Source: Pseudomonadota bacterium
Lineage (GTDB): Bacteria; Bdellovibrionota; FAC87; UBA2466
DNA length: 40,799 nucleotides
Assembly (NCBI GenBank): GCA_043718025.1
Contig: JAYSWN010000038.1
Location: forward strand, 1 to 40,799
Direction: 5' to 3'
Positions 27,082 through 36,555 of this stretch are shown here, in pieces. The notes under the pieces are model-generated. The model saw only the letters and a program-made list of their open reading frames with translations. It searched no databases and was not told the DNA's origin. The position numbers and the translations under genes were made by a program. Position 1 is the stretch's first letter, and each line of letters opens with the position of its first letter.

Positions 27082-27939
27082 TTAACCCAAATAGTCGGCG
27101 AGATCAGCCTCGCGAGTTTGAAAGAAAAAGAGGCCGGTCACAAAGACAATAACCGTAACCGCCAATGACCACCCTAAGGCGCCAAAATCGATCGGCCGCC
27201 CCAGTAGCCCACACCGTAACCCTTCAATGTAGGCCACCATCGGATTCAACGACACAAGCCAGCGGTACTTTTCGGGCACAATCGCCATGGGATAAATCAC
27301 TGGAGTAGCGTACATCCAAAGTTGAAAAGCAAAAGGCAGCACCTGAGCCACATCACGAAAGCGCGCGTTGATTGGGCCAAGCCACAGTCCAATTCCTAAA
27401 GACAAAAGGCCGATGCTCGCAATAATCGCCACCGCGAGCAGGATGCCCGAAAAGCTCCACGCCACGGTGTAACGCATTGCCAACGGAATTAATAAAGTTG
27501 AGGCCACCAGAAGATCGGCCAGCGTGGCGGCCACCGCCGAGCACGGACAAAGTATCCGCGGAAAGTACACTTTGCTAATCAGCGCCGCACTGGAGGTGAT
27601 GCTGTTCACGGCGTTGCGGGTTCCGGCGGCAAAAAAATTCCACGCCAGCACCCCTAAAAAAACAAAAAGCGGATAAGGATAATTGTCAGAAGGAATCTTG
27701 GCCCATTTCGAAAAGGTTACCGTAAACATTAAAATAGTGAGCAGCGGCTGAAAAAAAGACCACAGCACGCCGAGAATAGTCTGTTTGTAGCGAACCTTAA
27801 GGTCGCGCCACACCAAAAAGACGAGCAGTTCGCGATAATTCCAGATTTCACCCGTGTTTAACGCGGGAACGGCGCCGGTTCGCCTTTCCACAACGGTAAA
27901 AGGCTTAGCCTCTGAAACATTCGACAAGGGGTTGGACAT
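27082..27939 (-). CDS. wzm: Polysaccharide ABC exporter permease
   Basis: RDLKVRYKQTILGVLW, LISKVYFPR, RFRDV, YATPVIYP and LNPM. Likely start MSNPL at 27939. Confidence 0.95.
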   Translation of the reverse strand: MSNPLSNVSEAKPFTVVERRTGAVPALNTGEIWNYRELLVFLVWRDLKVRYKQTILGVLWSFFQPLLTILMFTVTFSKWAKIPSDNYPYPLFVFLGVLAWNFFAAGTRNAVNSITSSAALISKVYFPRILCPCSAVAATLADLLVASTLLIPLAMRYTVAWSFSGILLAVAIIASIGLLSLGIGLWLGPINARFRDVAQVLPFAFQLWMYATPVIYPMAIVPEKYRWLVSLNPMVAYIEGLRCGLLGRPIDFGALGWSLAVTVIVFVTGLFFFQTREADLADYLG

Positions 27940-28043
27940 GATTGCCCACATTTTAACATTGTTTCTCGGCTGAAAGCCGCCGTCTTTTCTTGACGCGCCG
28001 AACCCCAAACATTTTGGTCGCGCGTCGGTTATGATTAGGCCGG

Positions 28044-29585
28044 ATGCTTTTCTCATCGCGCACGCAACACCAACTCTCGCTCTGGTTACTTACCTTCTCT
28101 GTTTTTGCTTTTGCCCTAATCACCCTTTCGGTTGCCTTTTTGTGCTTTCAGTTTCCCTTTGAGTTGGAGGTGCGTGAAAGCACCGTGTGGCTGCACATTT
28201 TGGCGCGCGAAGCGGGCATCGATATTTATGATGGATCAAAGGTGGCCTTCATCAACATGGTCTATGGCCCAATCGAGGCCATTGCCAAAGGAGCGATTCA
28301 TTTTCTACTACCCTTTTTAGAGAGTTTTCAGGTCATCCGATTTTTTGTTCCGCTGCTTCCTCTTTCTTTCGTTTTTGCGGCGTGGGGCTGGCGTCCAAAA
28401 CTGATGGATGCGATCTTGGTTGCTTGCCCTTTTTACTTACTGCTCACGGTCACCGACCCTATGGCCACGGTGATCGGCCGGCCCGACCCCACGGCGTTTT
28501 TTTTCATTAACCTACTGCTCTACTTCACCGCACCGCGAATCGTTGAGAGCTGGCGCGTCCGTAAAAAAAGCTGGCTCATCATCGTAGGCGCACTGGGCGC
28601 CGTGGTGTTTCACACCAGCTGGCGTTTCTTTCCGATCGCCGCGTTTTATATCTCTGGCAGTCTGGTTTCTTACACGCTTCCCGAGCGCGACTCTTTTGAT
28701 AAAAAAGGGCTTCTCAAAGCGCTGACCTGGCTCGCCGGTGTCTTCGTGGCTATTTCGTTCGCGTTAGTACTCTATGAATTTGGATTTAACTTCGGTGAAT
28801 ACTACCGCCGCTTCTTTGGCATCTTTACCGATGAAAGCGGCTGGGGTGCTTTTCCGGCCGAAAGATTCCAGCTGGTGCCGAATCAGCTGCTCAATGCGGG
28901 GCAGATCTTTATCGCCGGTGCCACGGTAGCCACCGTGCTTACCCTTTGGGTCAATCGGGAAAAGAAACGCGAACTCGCTTTTTGGGCGATCGCGGTTGGC
29001 CTGATTTGGTTGCTTCACGCCTACAGCTATTACAAAAACGGCGTGGGCGGGGGAGTGCGCTACTACTACCCGGTCTTAATCTTGATCTGGACCATGGGAA
29101 TGCACCTCTTTACCGCAGTCGAAGTGCGCTTACCCCAATGGCGGGTGATTTTCTGCCTACTGGCGTGGGTGGGGCTGCCGTGGGAGCAGATTGGCGATTT
29201 GACCGATCGGCTCTGGAGCGATTCGCCGCGGGCCAATCATCTGCTGCAAGGGCTGAGGCGCCTTCCCCGCGATCAGGTCTGGAGCGACTGCTACCATTTA
29301 TTCAAAACCGGTTACGGGGGCGACGTGATCGACACCCCCGACATTGCCTCCAGGGTGGCCAAGACCGGGTACTTCGGACCGGCCTTTAGTAAAACCGTAA
29401 AGGAGCACTTTGAGTCGCTAGCGACGAGGCACCCCCGATATATTTTGACCGGATTTATTGATCCGGCCGAAACACTTAAACTCGCCGAGTCAAAAGGGTA
29501 CCAAAAACTGTTTGATGCCCCCGATCACAACCTGGGAAATGGCTTTCGCTTTCCGGCGACCCTCTTCAAGCGAAAAGAAAATTAA
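28044..29585 (+). CDS. Polytopic membrane protein, GT-C-like glycosyltransferase candidate
   Basis: 513 aa with ~11 TMs, acidic first loop FPFELEVRES..YGP, GRPD, RYYYP and a soluble C-terminal domain. Confidence 0.6.
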   Translation: MLFSSRTQHQLSLWLLTFSVFAFALITLSVAFLCFQFPFELEVRESTVWLHILAREAGIDIYDGSKVAFINMVYGPIEAIAKGAIHFLLPFLESFQVIRFFVPLLPLSFVFAAWGWRPKLMDAILVACPFYLLLTVTDPMATVIGRPDPTAFFFINLLLYFTAPRIVESWRVRKKSWLIIVGALGAVVFHTSWRFFPIAAFYISGSLVSYTLPERDSFDKKGLLKALTWLAGVFVAISFALVLYEFGFNFGEYYRRFFGIFTDESGWGAFPAERFQLVPNQLLNAGQIFIAGATVATVLTLWVNREKKRELAFWAIAVGLIWLLHAYSYYKNGVGGGVRYYYPVLILIWTMGMHLFTAVEVRLPQWRVIFCLLAWVGLPWEQIGDLTDRLWSDSPRANHLLQGLRRLPRDQVWSDCYHLFKTGYGGDVIDTPDIASRVAKTGYFGPAFSKTVKEHFESLATRHPRYILTGFIDPAETLKLAESKGYQKLFDAPDHNLGNGFRFPATLFKRKEN

Positions 29586-29640
29586 CCTAGCGATGGAATT
29601 AGGGTTTTCAAATCACCAAGCGGTCATGTAAAAGATTCGG

Positions 29641-29805
29641 ATGAACAAATACAAAGTGGCCGAGACCATCGTTCATAATATTTTGGAAGACCTAAAGAAA
29701 CGCCTGAAGACCGGCACTTTAGAGTTGGAGAACGCTGATACTACGACCGAAGTCGTCGATCAATGGGAAGACATCGTTCTAGCTGAGCTAGAACCTAGAG
29801 CCTAA
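29641..29805 (+). CDS. Small acidic hypothetical protein (54 aa, below the ORF-track cutoff)
   Basis: MNKYKVAETIVHNILEDLKKRLKTGTLELENADTTTEVVDQWEDIVLAELEPRA*, with an amphipathic helical pattern. Confidence 0.55.
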   Translation: MNKYKVAETIVHNILEDLKKRLKTGTLELENADTTTEVVDQWEDIVLAELEPRA

Positions 29806-29971
29806 TCGCTTGTCTAATACCGTCATCTTCTAATCAACCGGCTAAGACCAATGTAACTCCAGTGGACAGGGATTACTTTGCCCTTTCCAGTACTTAGAGT
29901 TTTGCCGTATTCTTTTGCCCCCCTTATTGGCAAACCAGTATCCTCTTCAAGCCTGCTACACGCCCAGCGCC

Positions 29972-29988
29972 TTGGCTTGAGCCCTGCA
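29972..29988 (+). promoter_or_regulatory. Putative sigma54 (-24/-12) promoter
   Basis: TTGGCTTGAGCCCTGCA = GG-N10-GC, about 25 nt upstream of the ATG at 30014. Confidence 0.5.
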
Positions 29989-30013
29989 CTCTTAATGGGG
30001 TAAGGGGAACTTT

Positions 30014-30733
30014 ATGCAGGCCTACGCGGCAACGATTTTTCAGCTTTTTGGGGCATTCATGGCTCTAAATACGGTGTTTTTGGCCACTGCATCTGGGCAG
30101 AACAACTACGAAGCCGCCGCAAAACTTGCCGTATTGGGCGCCACCTCGTCGGCCAGTCGCGGCGCCTCACCCGCCGTGACCAATGCTTTTTTAGTGTCCG
30201 CCCTGGCCAATAAAAAAAATGAGAAAAGTGGCGAATCGCCGAGAGCCGCCGCTCCACCAGCTGCCGCCGCGGCCCGCGAAACTAAAACGCTTGGCAGCCA
30301 GAGCGTGCCCATCGCCTTGACCGAGGGCGTTGCCACCAGCGCCGAAGAGCCTCTTTCACCATCGGCAACCGGAGAATCGCTTTCCAATTCGGGCCCCGGC
30401 AAAATCGCCGCCTTAATTCAGGCCGAAAGCAACAGAGCAACCCAAGCGCTAAAAAAGGCGTCGCAAGCCTCTGATTCATTAACCGACCAAGTGATCGCCG
30501 ATACCCAGGCAAAGTTAAAAATGGACATTGTGACGGCGGCTCGGGTTGCGCAGAAAAAAGTGAACGACATGGTGGGAACCCCTACCGATAGAGATGCGCC
30601 ACAGAAAAAGCTGATCTTGCTGGCCGAAAAAATTAAATCCGTACCCAAACGAAATCTTAACTCAGTCAATGGCAGAACCTCGGCGGCGGGCGAGACGGCT
30701 AAAATTACCCTTGATGACATTTCCGAGCGATGA
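30014..30733 (+). CDS. Secreted Ala/Ser-rich hypothetical protein
   Basis: RBS AGGGGA, signal-like N-terminus, low complexity. Confidence 0.65.
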   Translation: MQAYAATIFQLFGAFMALNTVFLATASGQNNYEAAAKLAVLGATSSASRGASPAVTNAFLVSALANKKNEKSGESPRAAAPPAAAAARETKTLGSQSVPIALTEGVATSAEEPLSPSATGESLSNSGPGKIAALIQAESNRATQALKKASQASDSLTDQVIADTQAKLKMDIVTAARVAQKKVNDMVGTPTDRDAPQKKLILLAEKIKSVPKRNLNSVNGRTSAAGETAKITLDDISER

Positions 30734-30798
30734 GTCGTTGAAATACTCGACTCTTCGCGGCTCCTCTTCGCCACGGCTGTGCCTATAATGCTCAAAGC

Positions 30799-32301
30799 AT
30801 GCATCGCGGCGCCCTACTAACACTATTAGCTTTGGCATTTTTCACCGCCGCTTTGACTTCCACTCAATCACTGAACAAAGACGCGTTAATTTTTTACCAA
30901 GGTGCCATGCGGGTGGCGGCGGGCCAGATTCCCTATCGTGATTTTAGTCTGCCGCAGGGACCCGTGGCACCGCTATTGGGCGGCCTTTTTTTTAGTGCCT
31001 TTGCGCCGCCATTGGCGTGGGCCTTACTTTCTGGCCTGCTAAATGTCGCCATGACGGCCCTGGCCTTCTTCACCGTCACCCAAGTCACAGCAAACTTTTT
31101 TGCGGGCGGCGTGGCCGCACTTGCCACGGCGATGGCCTTTCTTCCCCCCTTCGGATCTTTTTACAATGACCACCTTGCCTACGTTTTGGTGGCGTTGGCC
31201 TTCTCCCTCTTCTTTTTTTCGCCCGCAGGAAAAAATCGAGCGTGGCTAAGCGGCTTGCTCTTTGCCCTCGCTTTTCACACTAAACAGACCGTGGGCCTTG
31301 CCGGCGTGGCGTCCTTTGCACTGAGCTATCTCTTAAACGGCGAAGCCGCCCACTTTAGAAACTTATTTAGACCGTTACTTTGGTTTCTCTTTTTTCTAAT
31401 CGCCGGCCTGCTTTTAATCGGAGTAACCGGCGGCGGAGTCAATTACTGGTGGGACGCCGTGTGGCTTCCGATCACGTATGCTCAGAACTCGGCCGACAAG
31501 AGCGGCTGGAGACTTCTATTGTTTTTAGTTTTCCCGTGGGGAATTACGCCCTCCCAGCTGATCGGCGATTTTCCTCAACACTGGGGCCGACTGGCACTTT
31601 TTCCACTTCAGCTTTTGTTTTGGTTTTGGTTATGGAGCTGGCCCCAATCGCCGAAAAAAAAAGGGGCGGTGATTTTCTTTTGTTTCTCGACCCTATGGGG
31701 AGGCGCCTTATTGGGCCGAGCCAGTAGCCATCTTTTTTTGGGAACCGGAGTCGTGCTGGGCCTCGTGGTGAACGAACTTCGGCGAAAGCATTCGCTACGT
31801 CTCAGCCACGTGGCGGCCGCAGTAATGATGGCGGTTTGCTCGTTGCAATTGATTCAAAGCAGTTTGGCCCGACGGCATGAAGCGCCAACCGAAGCGCGTG
31901 CCTTAGCGGCGGCGCTTAGGCAGTTGCCCCCGCAAACGATTTACGCCTTAGGAGAAACGGCACTGCGGGTGGCCTCTTTAGCCGGCATTTCGCCGAAGCA
32001 ATTGAACGTTTATGACGACATGGCGGTAACCGTGCCCGCCACTTACGGGGGGCTGATTCGCTGGCAGACCCGTTTTCGCGAAAGGCTCGAAACCCACCCC
32101 CCCGATTGGATCCTCCAAGACAAGGGGTGGCTGGCCTACCCCGCAATCGGTAGTCGATTAGCGCGGCATCTTAATGAAAACTTTGCGGAAGTTTGCCGTT
32201 TGCACTCACTAAAACTGCTCGTCCGGCGTAATTTGCCATTGGACCGGCTCCCTTCAGAGTGCCAAAAACCGTCACCAATAAGGGTCTCCAGCCTACCCTA
32301 A
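30799..32301 (+). CDS. Polytopic membrane protein, GT-C (PMT/ArnT-like) glycosyltransferase candidate
   Basis: D..IFYQGA.R...GQIPYRDF...GP, FHTKQTVG, many TMs and a C-terminal PPDWIL domain. Confidence 0.7.
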   Translation: MHRGALLTLLALAFFTAALTSTQSLNKDALIFYQGAMRVAAGQIPYRDFSLPQGPVAPLLGGLFFSAFAPPLAWALLSGLLNVAMTALAFFTVTQVTANFFAGGVAALATAMAFLPPFGSFYNDHLAYVLVALAFSLFFFSPAGKNRAWLSGLLFALAFHTKQTVGLAGVASFALSYLLNGEAAHFRNLFRPLLWFLFFLIAGLLLIGVTGGGVNYWWDAVWLPITYAQNSADKSGWRLLLFLVFPWGITPSQLIGDFPQHWGRLALFPLQLLFWFWLWSWPQSPKKKGAVIFFCFSTLWGGALLGRASSHLFLGTGVVLGLVVNELRRKHSLRLSHVAAAVMMAVCSLQLIQSSLARRHEAPTEARALAAALRQLPPQTIYALGETALRVASLAGISPKQLNVYDDMAVTVPATYGGLIRWQTRFRERLETHPPDWILQDKGWLAYPAIGSRLARHLNENFAEVCRLHSLKLLVRRNLPLDRLPSECQKPSPIRVSSLP

Positions 32302-32420
32302 GGTGCTGAAATCAAAAAAAGATGTTGGACTGACCCTCTCAATTTGATATGGTGCGTTAAAGCTCAAACATTGCAGAATTCGAAACAGGTTTGCCTCGCA
32401 AGGGGAAAGGACAGAAACTC

Positions 32421-33371
32421 ATGATCAGTTACTCACGATTTGGATTGTTGGCTGGAATCGTTGGAGGGTTGGCAATCGCCGCTCCTCAGCCTTCGGCAAG
32501 TAGCGCATTGGCTCCGGCAGCGAAAACTGCGGCGCCGGTCTCGACAACAAACACGCCCAGCAGCGCGGCTTCTACCTCGGCATCGCCGACTACAACGGGA
32601 ACTATTTCGCTACCATCCGAAAGCAAAGTCTTCGGTGTGTTTGAAATTCGCCCCTCGCGCGGTAACGGCAGCGGCGTTACGGAAACAGAAGACACGATCG
32701 AGCTTGGTTACCAGTTCAATGCCAAAACCAAGTTGTCTTACGCTCAGTTTCTGGTCACCGATCTCTTTCCGGCTTCCGGAACCGGCCAAGGCGTTAACCT
32801 TCGCGGCGACGGCGGTTTCTTACGCTTACGGGTAAATGACATTTGGGTAAGTGCGAGCAAAAAGACCACCTTGTCGTACCAACCACGTATCTACACTCCG
32901 ACCGACAATTCCCTTTCGGGCCGTGGCTTCGTCGCAACTATCTACAATGCCCTTCGCTTGCAGACCGACGTTGGTAGCGGCGTGAAACTGGGCATCGCGG
33001 AAGTTCCGATGTTCCAAATTTATTCACAGAACGGTTTTGTTAATTCAAAAGGGGCAAACCAAGCCAACCCAATTTACCAAAACCGGGTTGAGTTGACTCT
33101 AGACGTTGCCCTCTTGAAAAACTTGTCGTTCTCGTTGCCGATCATCCTCGACGCTATGCGCAACCACGAGTTCGCTGGCTCAACGTTCGGCAGCTCCTGG
33201 CAAGCTAAGTTCTGGGCGTGGCCGGAAATTAACTATGAGATCAACGGAACGCACACCGTAGGTGTCGGTTTCCGTACTGACAATCTCGTTGCACCAAACT
33301 TGACCGCATTGACCGTCGGCAACGCTTTCAGTGAAGGCACGCTCCAAGCAATCTGGACCGTCAGCCTCTAA
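32421..33371 (+). CDS. Putative outer-membrane beta-barrel protein with an S/T/A-rich N-terminal linker
   Basis: RBS AAGGA, signal peptide, alternating amphipathic strands, C-terminus LQAIWTVSL and a strong terminator downstream. Confidence 0.7.
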   Translation: MISYSRFGLLAGIVGGLAIAAPQPSASSALAPAAKTAAPVSTTNTPSSAASTSASPTTTGTISLPSESKVFGVFEIRPSRGNGSGVTETEDTIELGYQFNAKTKLSYAQFLVTDLFPASGTGQGVNLRGDGGFLRLRVNDIWVSASKKTTLSYQPRIYTPTDNSLSGRGFVATIYNALRLQTDVGSGVKLGIAEVPMFQIYSQNGFVNSKGANQANPIYQNRVELTLDVALLKNLSFSLPIILDAMRNHEFAGSTFGSSWQAKFWAWPEINYEINGTHTVGVGFRTDNLVAPNLTALTVGNAFSEGTLQAIWTVSL

Positions 33372-33401
33372 TCAGCGTTCTCGGTCTTAACATTTTAAAA
33401 A

Positions 33402-33437
33402 GCCCAGGTTCTGGATCAGAACCTGGGCCTTTTTTTT
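33402..33437 (+). terminator. Rho-independent terminator (likely bidirectional)
   Basis: GCCCAGGTTCTG-gat-CAGAACCTGGGC perfect 12-bp stem followed by T8 and preceded by A5. Confidence 0.9.
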
Positions 33438-33562
33438 GAGATAAGATCGGGCTCCCGCCCACACCTGCAAACTCCAAAAGAGGCTCACGGCTGTGCAATG
33501 ACGACGAGCGGGAGTACAATCGGAGGGTCCGTAAAAAAGTCCAAAAAAAATTAGGAGATTGT

Positions 33563-35392
33563 ATGAAATACGCCCGAGTGTGGCTTGGTGTAGTTTCGTC
33601 CCTGCTCTCCGTTGGAGTTTTTGCTGCCGATGCAGTAACAACTCAAGTGCTGCCGCTCCCCGATAAGAACGTAATTCAAATCGAGATTCAACTGCCTGGG
33701 GTCAACTTGACCCGAAGTGCTGAAGGCACGATCCCCGAGATACCAGGCTTACCCTCAACCATTGAGGCCGGAATGCCCAAGGTTCCACTGGTTCACCTCA
33801 ATGTGGCCTTGCCGATTGGAAAAAGAGTGGCGCGCATCGAATCAGTGCGTCACAACGAAAGTTCATCGACCGGTACGGTGGTGTTGTCTAAAGGCATGGC
33901 GCCTTTGAGTTGGCTACAACACCCTCCTTCAAATCGCAATCTGGTCGAAGCACCGCGCGTTCCGAGGCGATACCCCCAACAGAATGCGGTTTTAAACCGG
34001 CAAATAAAACACGGCGTAGAGATTGCCAGTATCAACGCTTTTCCTCTTTCCGTAGAGGGAGAAACGATCACTTGGGGCGATAGCATGAGCGTTCGGCTTC
34101 TGCTTGAGGACACCCCGAACCAGGGCGCGCCCTTAACCCGAGAGCAACGCAATTCAATTGAAGCATTAGTTGCCAATCCCGAAGCTCTCACCCAACGGGC
34201 GGAACGCCGAGCTAAGTATGACTACCTAATCATTGCCACCTCTTTAGTTGCCGACTACGCCGGAGAAAATAATCTCAAAGGACTGCAAGATAGTTTAGCG
34301 AATCGAAATTTGGTCTCTAAAGTGGTTCGGCTAACGGACGTTTTAAAAACTGAAGGCAACGACGACGCCGCTAAGATTAGAAATTTTATTAAGCAGGAAT
34401 ATGAACAATCAGCGATTCGCTTCGTGCTGCTGGCCGGAAAGGCCAAAACCTCCGGCGGCGGTGAAGTGATCGCTAACCGAAAGTTGTGGTCAAAAATCCG
34501 CGTTTACCTAAATGCGGTTTGGAGCGATCACACCGAAGAGATTGCCGGAGACATCTACTTTTCTAACCTAGACGGAACCTTCGACGGAAACGGAAATGGC
34601 AAATTTGGCGAACCAAACGATGGAGAAAATAACGGCGACGTTGATTTTCTTTCGGAAGTTTCGGTGGGGCGAGCGACCCTAGAATCCGACACCGATGTCG
34701 CCTCTTTCGTTAAGAAAAGTATCTGGGCGGCTGAAAACAAATTATCAAAAAATGCACTGTCGGCCGGGGAAGAACTTTTTCCGGAGCTTAATCTCTCTGG
34801 CATGGATTACCTGATTCAACTCGTGGGCGGCTCAGATGACCACGGTTTTATGACGAAAGGACTAAGCTCCGAATGGAAGGTAGATGAGCTGGATGACCGA
34901 AAAGGAAGCTGGTCGGGAAGCACGGCTCTAAAAATGATGAATTCAGGAAACTACGCCTTGGTAAATCATTTGGGCCATTCAAACACTTCTTACAACATGA
35001 AGCTGAGTACCACTTTCGGGATGCCCAAGTTCACCAATCCAAATCCATTTTTTTATTACACTCAGGGCTGTCTGGCGGGGAGATTCTTCGACGGCTCTAT
35101 CGTAGACAAACTGGCCCGTCATCCCGCGGCCGCCTTTGCCGCGATGGGAAACTCGGCCTACGGGTTAGCGCCCGAGGATCCGGACCCAAGCAGCACCAAA
35201 ACGCCAGGAACCTCGCACATGGTACACCGCCAATTTATCCACGCTATGGTAAGTGGCGTCGCAAAAACATTCGGCGCCGCTCACCAGGCTTCGAAAGAGA
35301 TGCATTTGAAATACATCAACGCCCAAGAAATGCGTTGGGTGAACTGGACCGCTAACTACTTTGGCGATCCGAGCCTTCCCGTCCCTTTCTGA
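33563..35392 (+). CDS. Gingipain-like cysteine peptidase, family C25, with propeptide
   Basis: RBS AGGAG, signal peptide, propeptide (EAGMPKVP), YDYLII, IRNFIK, FVLLAG, DIYFSNLDG, VSVGR, NHLGHSN (His), QGCLAG (Cys) and NYFGDPSL. Confidence 0.9.
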   Translation: MKYARVWLGVVSSLLSVGVFAADAVTTQVLPLPDKNVIQIEIQLPGVNLTRSAEGTIPEIPGLPSTIEAGMPKVPLVHLNVALPIGKRVARIESVRHNESSSTGTVVLSKGMAPLSWLQHPPSNRNLVEAPRVPRRYPQQNAVLNRQIKHGVEIASINAFPLSVEGETITWGDSMSVRLLLEDTPNQGAPLTREQRNSIEALVANPEALTQRAERRAKYDYLIIATSLVADYAGENNLKGLQDSLANRNLVSKVVRLTDVLKTEGNDDAAKIRNFIKQEYEQSAIRFVLLAGKAKTSGGGEVIANRKLWSKIRVYLNAVWSDHTEEIAGDIYFSNLDGTFDGNGNGKFGEPNDGENNGDVDFLSEVSVGRATLESDTDVASFVKKSIWAAENKLSKNALSAGEELFPELNLSGMDYLIQLVGGSDDHGFMTKGLSSEWKVDELDDRKGSWSGSTALKMMNSGNYALVNHLGHSNTSYNMKLSTTFGMPKFTNPNPFFYYTQGCLAGRFFDGSIVDKLARHPAAAFAAMGNSAYGLAPEDPDPSSTKTPGTSHMVHRQFIHAMVSGVAKTFGAAHQASKEMHLKYINAQEMRWVNWTANYFGDPSLPVPF

Positions 35393-35407
35393 TCCGCTGT
35401 TTTAGGC

Positions 35408-35452
35408 AGTGGCACCGGTCGTGCGAAAGCAGGCCGATGCCACTATTTTTTT
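35408..35452 (+). terminator. Hairpin terminator after the C25 gene
   Basis: AGTGGCA-c-CGGTC-g-TGC-GAAA-GCA-GGCCG-a-TGCCACT followed by ATTTTTTT. Confidence 0.65.
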
Positions 35453-35946
35453 GCCGCCAACTTTATCCAAGGTTCGAAGTACGAAAAGGACCTCGCCATC
35501 TGTGATCGCGATCCGATCCCTAACCCCAAGCAGAAAATCAAAATCAAAAGATGGGGACGAGTGATTTCAGTTACCACCGAAACACCAAGAAAGTGCTTTA
35601 GCGTAAATCCCACCTTCCCCCTCAGCACCTTATAAAGGCCCCTCAGTTCAGGAAGCGAAAAAAAGAAAAACTGGAAAAGGTTATTCAACGTAATGAGCCA
35701 CAATACTGACGAAGCATAGAGTTCACTGTGAAGCGTTCTCCGATATTGGTACAGCTTGTGGGCCACAAATAGCAGCGAAATCTGAAACGCCAGACTGGCC
35801 AACCCTTTCACCAGACTCTTGCGAATTTGGATTCGAATATATTCGGCGGCGGTTTCAGCGGCGCTCTTTCGCATCTTTTCTAGGAGCTGAAGCGTGAGGA
35901 CGATCTCGTTGCGGTAGCTCCAGATTACTTTGATTATCCAGCCCAT
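35443..35946 (-). CDS. Membrane hypothetical protein
   Basis: 167 aa ORF with about three hydrophobic segments. Confidence 0.6.
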   Translation of the reverse strand: MGWIIKVIWSYRNEIVLTLQLLEKMRKSAAETAAEYIRIQIRKSLVKGLASLAFQISLLFVAHKLYQYRRTLHSELYASSVLWLITLNNLFQFFFFSLPELRGLYKVLRGKVGFTLKHFLGVSVVTEITRPHLLILIFCLGLGIGSRSQMARSFSYFEPWIKLAAKK

Positions 35947-36100
35947 ATTAGTGAATACCGCCTGAATTCATCCCCCTTAATAGGGATGCCGTTTCTCGGC
36001 ACTAAGTCTAAAAAGTTACAGTTGATGCGTCGCGTAGCAGAGCGCATACTAAACCTTCGTTAGTTCCTTCCCCGCATTTTAGCAAAAAAGGAGTTCTTAA

Positions 36101-36403
36101 GTGTTACCTCGTAATGCTCGTTTGCGGTCTGTTCGTTTTGAAGAAGAGTATTCAGTCCAGTTTGAATCATACGCCACATTTCTAGCGTACTTCAAAGCCA
36201 AGCCAGGGTTGAGCCAGGAGATGATCTTGCAGCGCGCCACCGAGTTAGCCCGCGAGGCCTTTGGTGAAAACGGAAACCTTACCCTCGAACGAACTAGCCG
36301 CAATGGCTCGTTTGCTTTCTCGGGCTATGGCATCGACAAGGCCAGCGCCAAAATTTTGGCGCCCCACATTGCGTTAAAGCCAAAGCTCTACGTGGTTAAA
36401 TAA
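36101..36403 (+). CDS. Hypothetical protein
   Basis: RBS AAGGAG before the GTG, 100 aa, ends PKLYVVK. Confidence 0.65.
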   Translation: MLPRNARLRSVRFEEEYSVQFESYATFLAYFKAKPGLSQEMILQRATELAREAFGENGNLTLERTSRNGSFAFSGYGIDKASAKILAPHIALKPKLYVVK

Positions 36404-36555
36404 TTTCTAAAAGTTAGCTACCTCCTTTTATGAAATGACTTAACCGCTTATAATGATAAGAGACCTATTTTTCCGGACGTCAGCATTTCGCTTTTTTTTG
36501 GCGAGTAAACGCTGACGCTCCTAATTTCCTGAAAAATTAAATTCCAAAGGCATCG

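Noticed and set aside
28946..29389. 147-aa alternative-frame ORF and similar nested or antisense ORFs (e.g. 4030-4422, 21743-22147, 23446-23883, 30418-30804, 36448-36861)
   Set aside because: Fully overlap better-supported genes and show no recognisable motifs.
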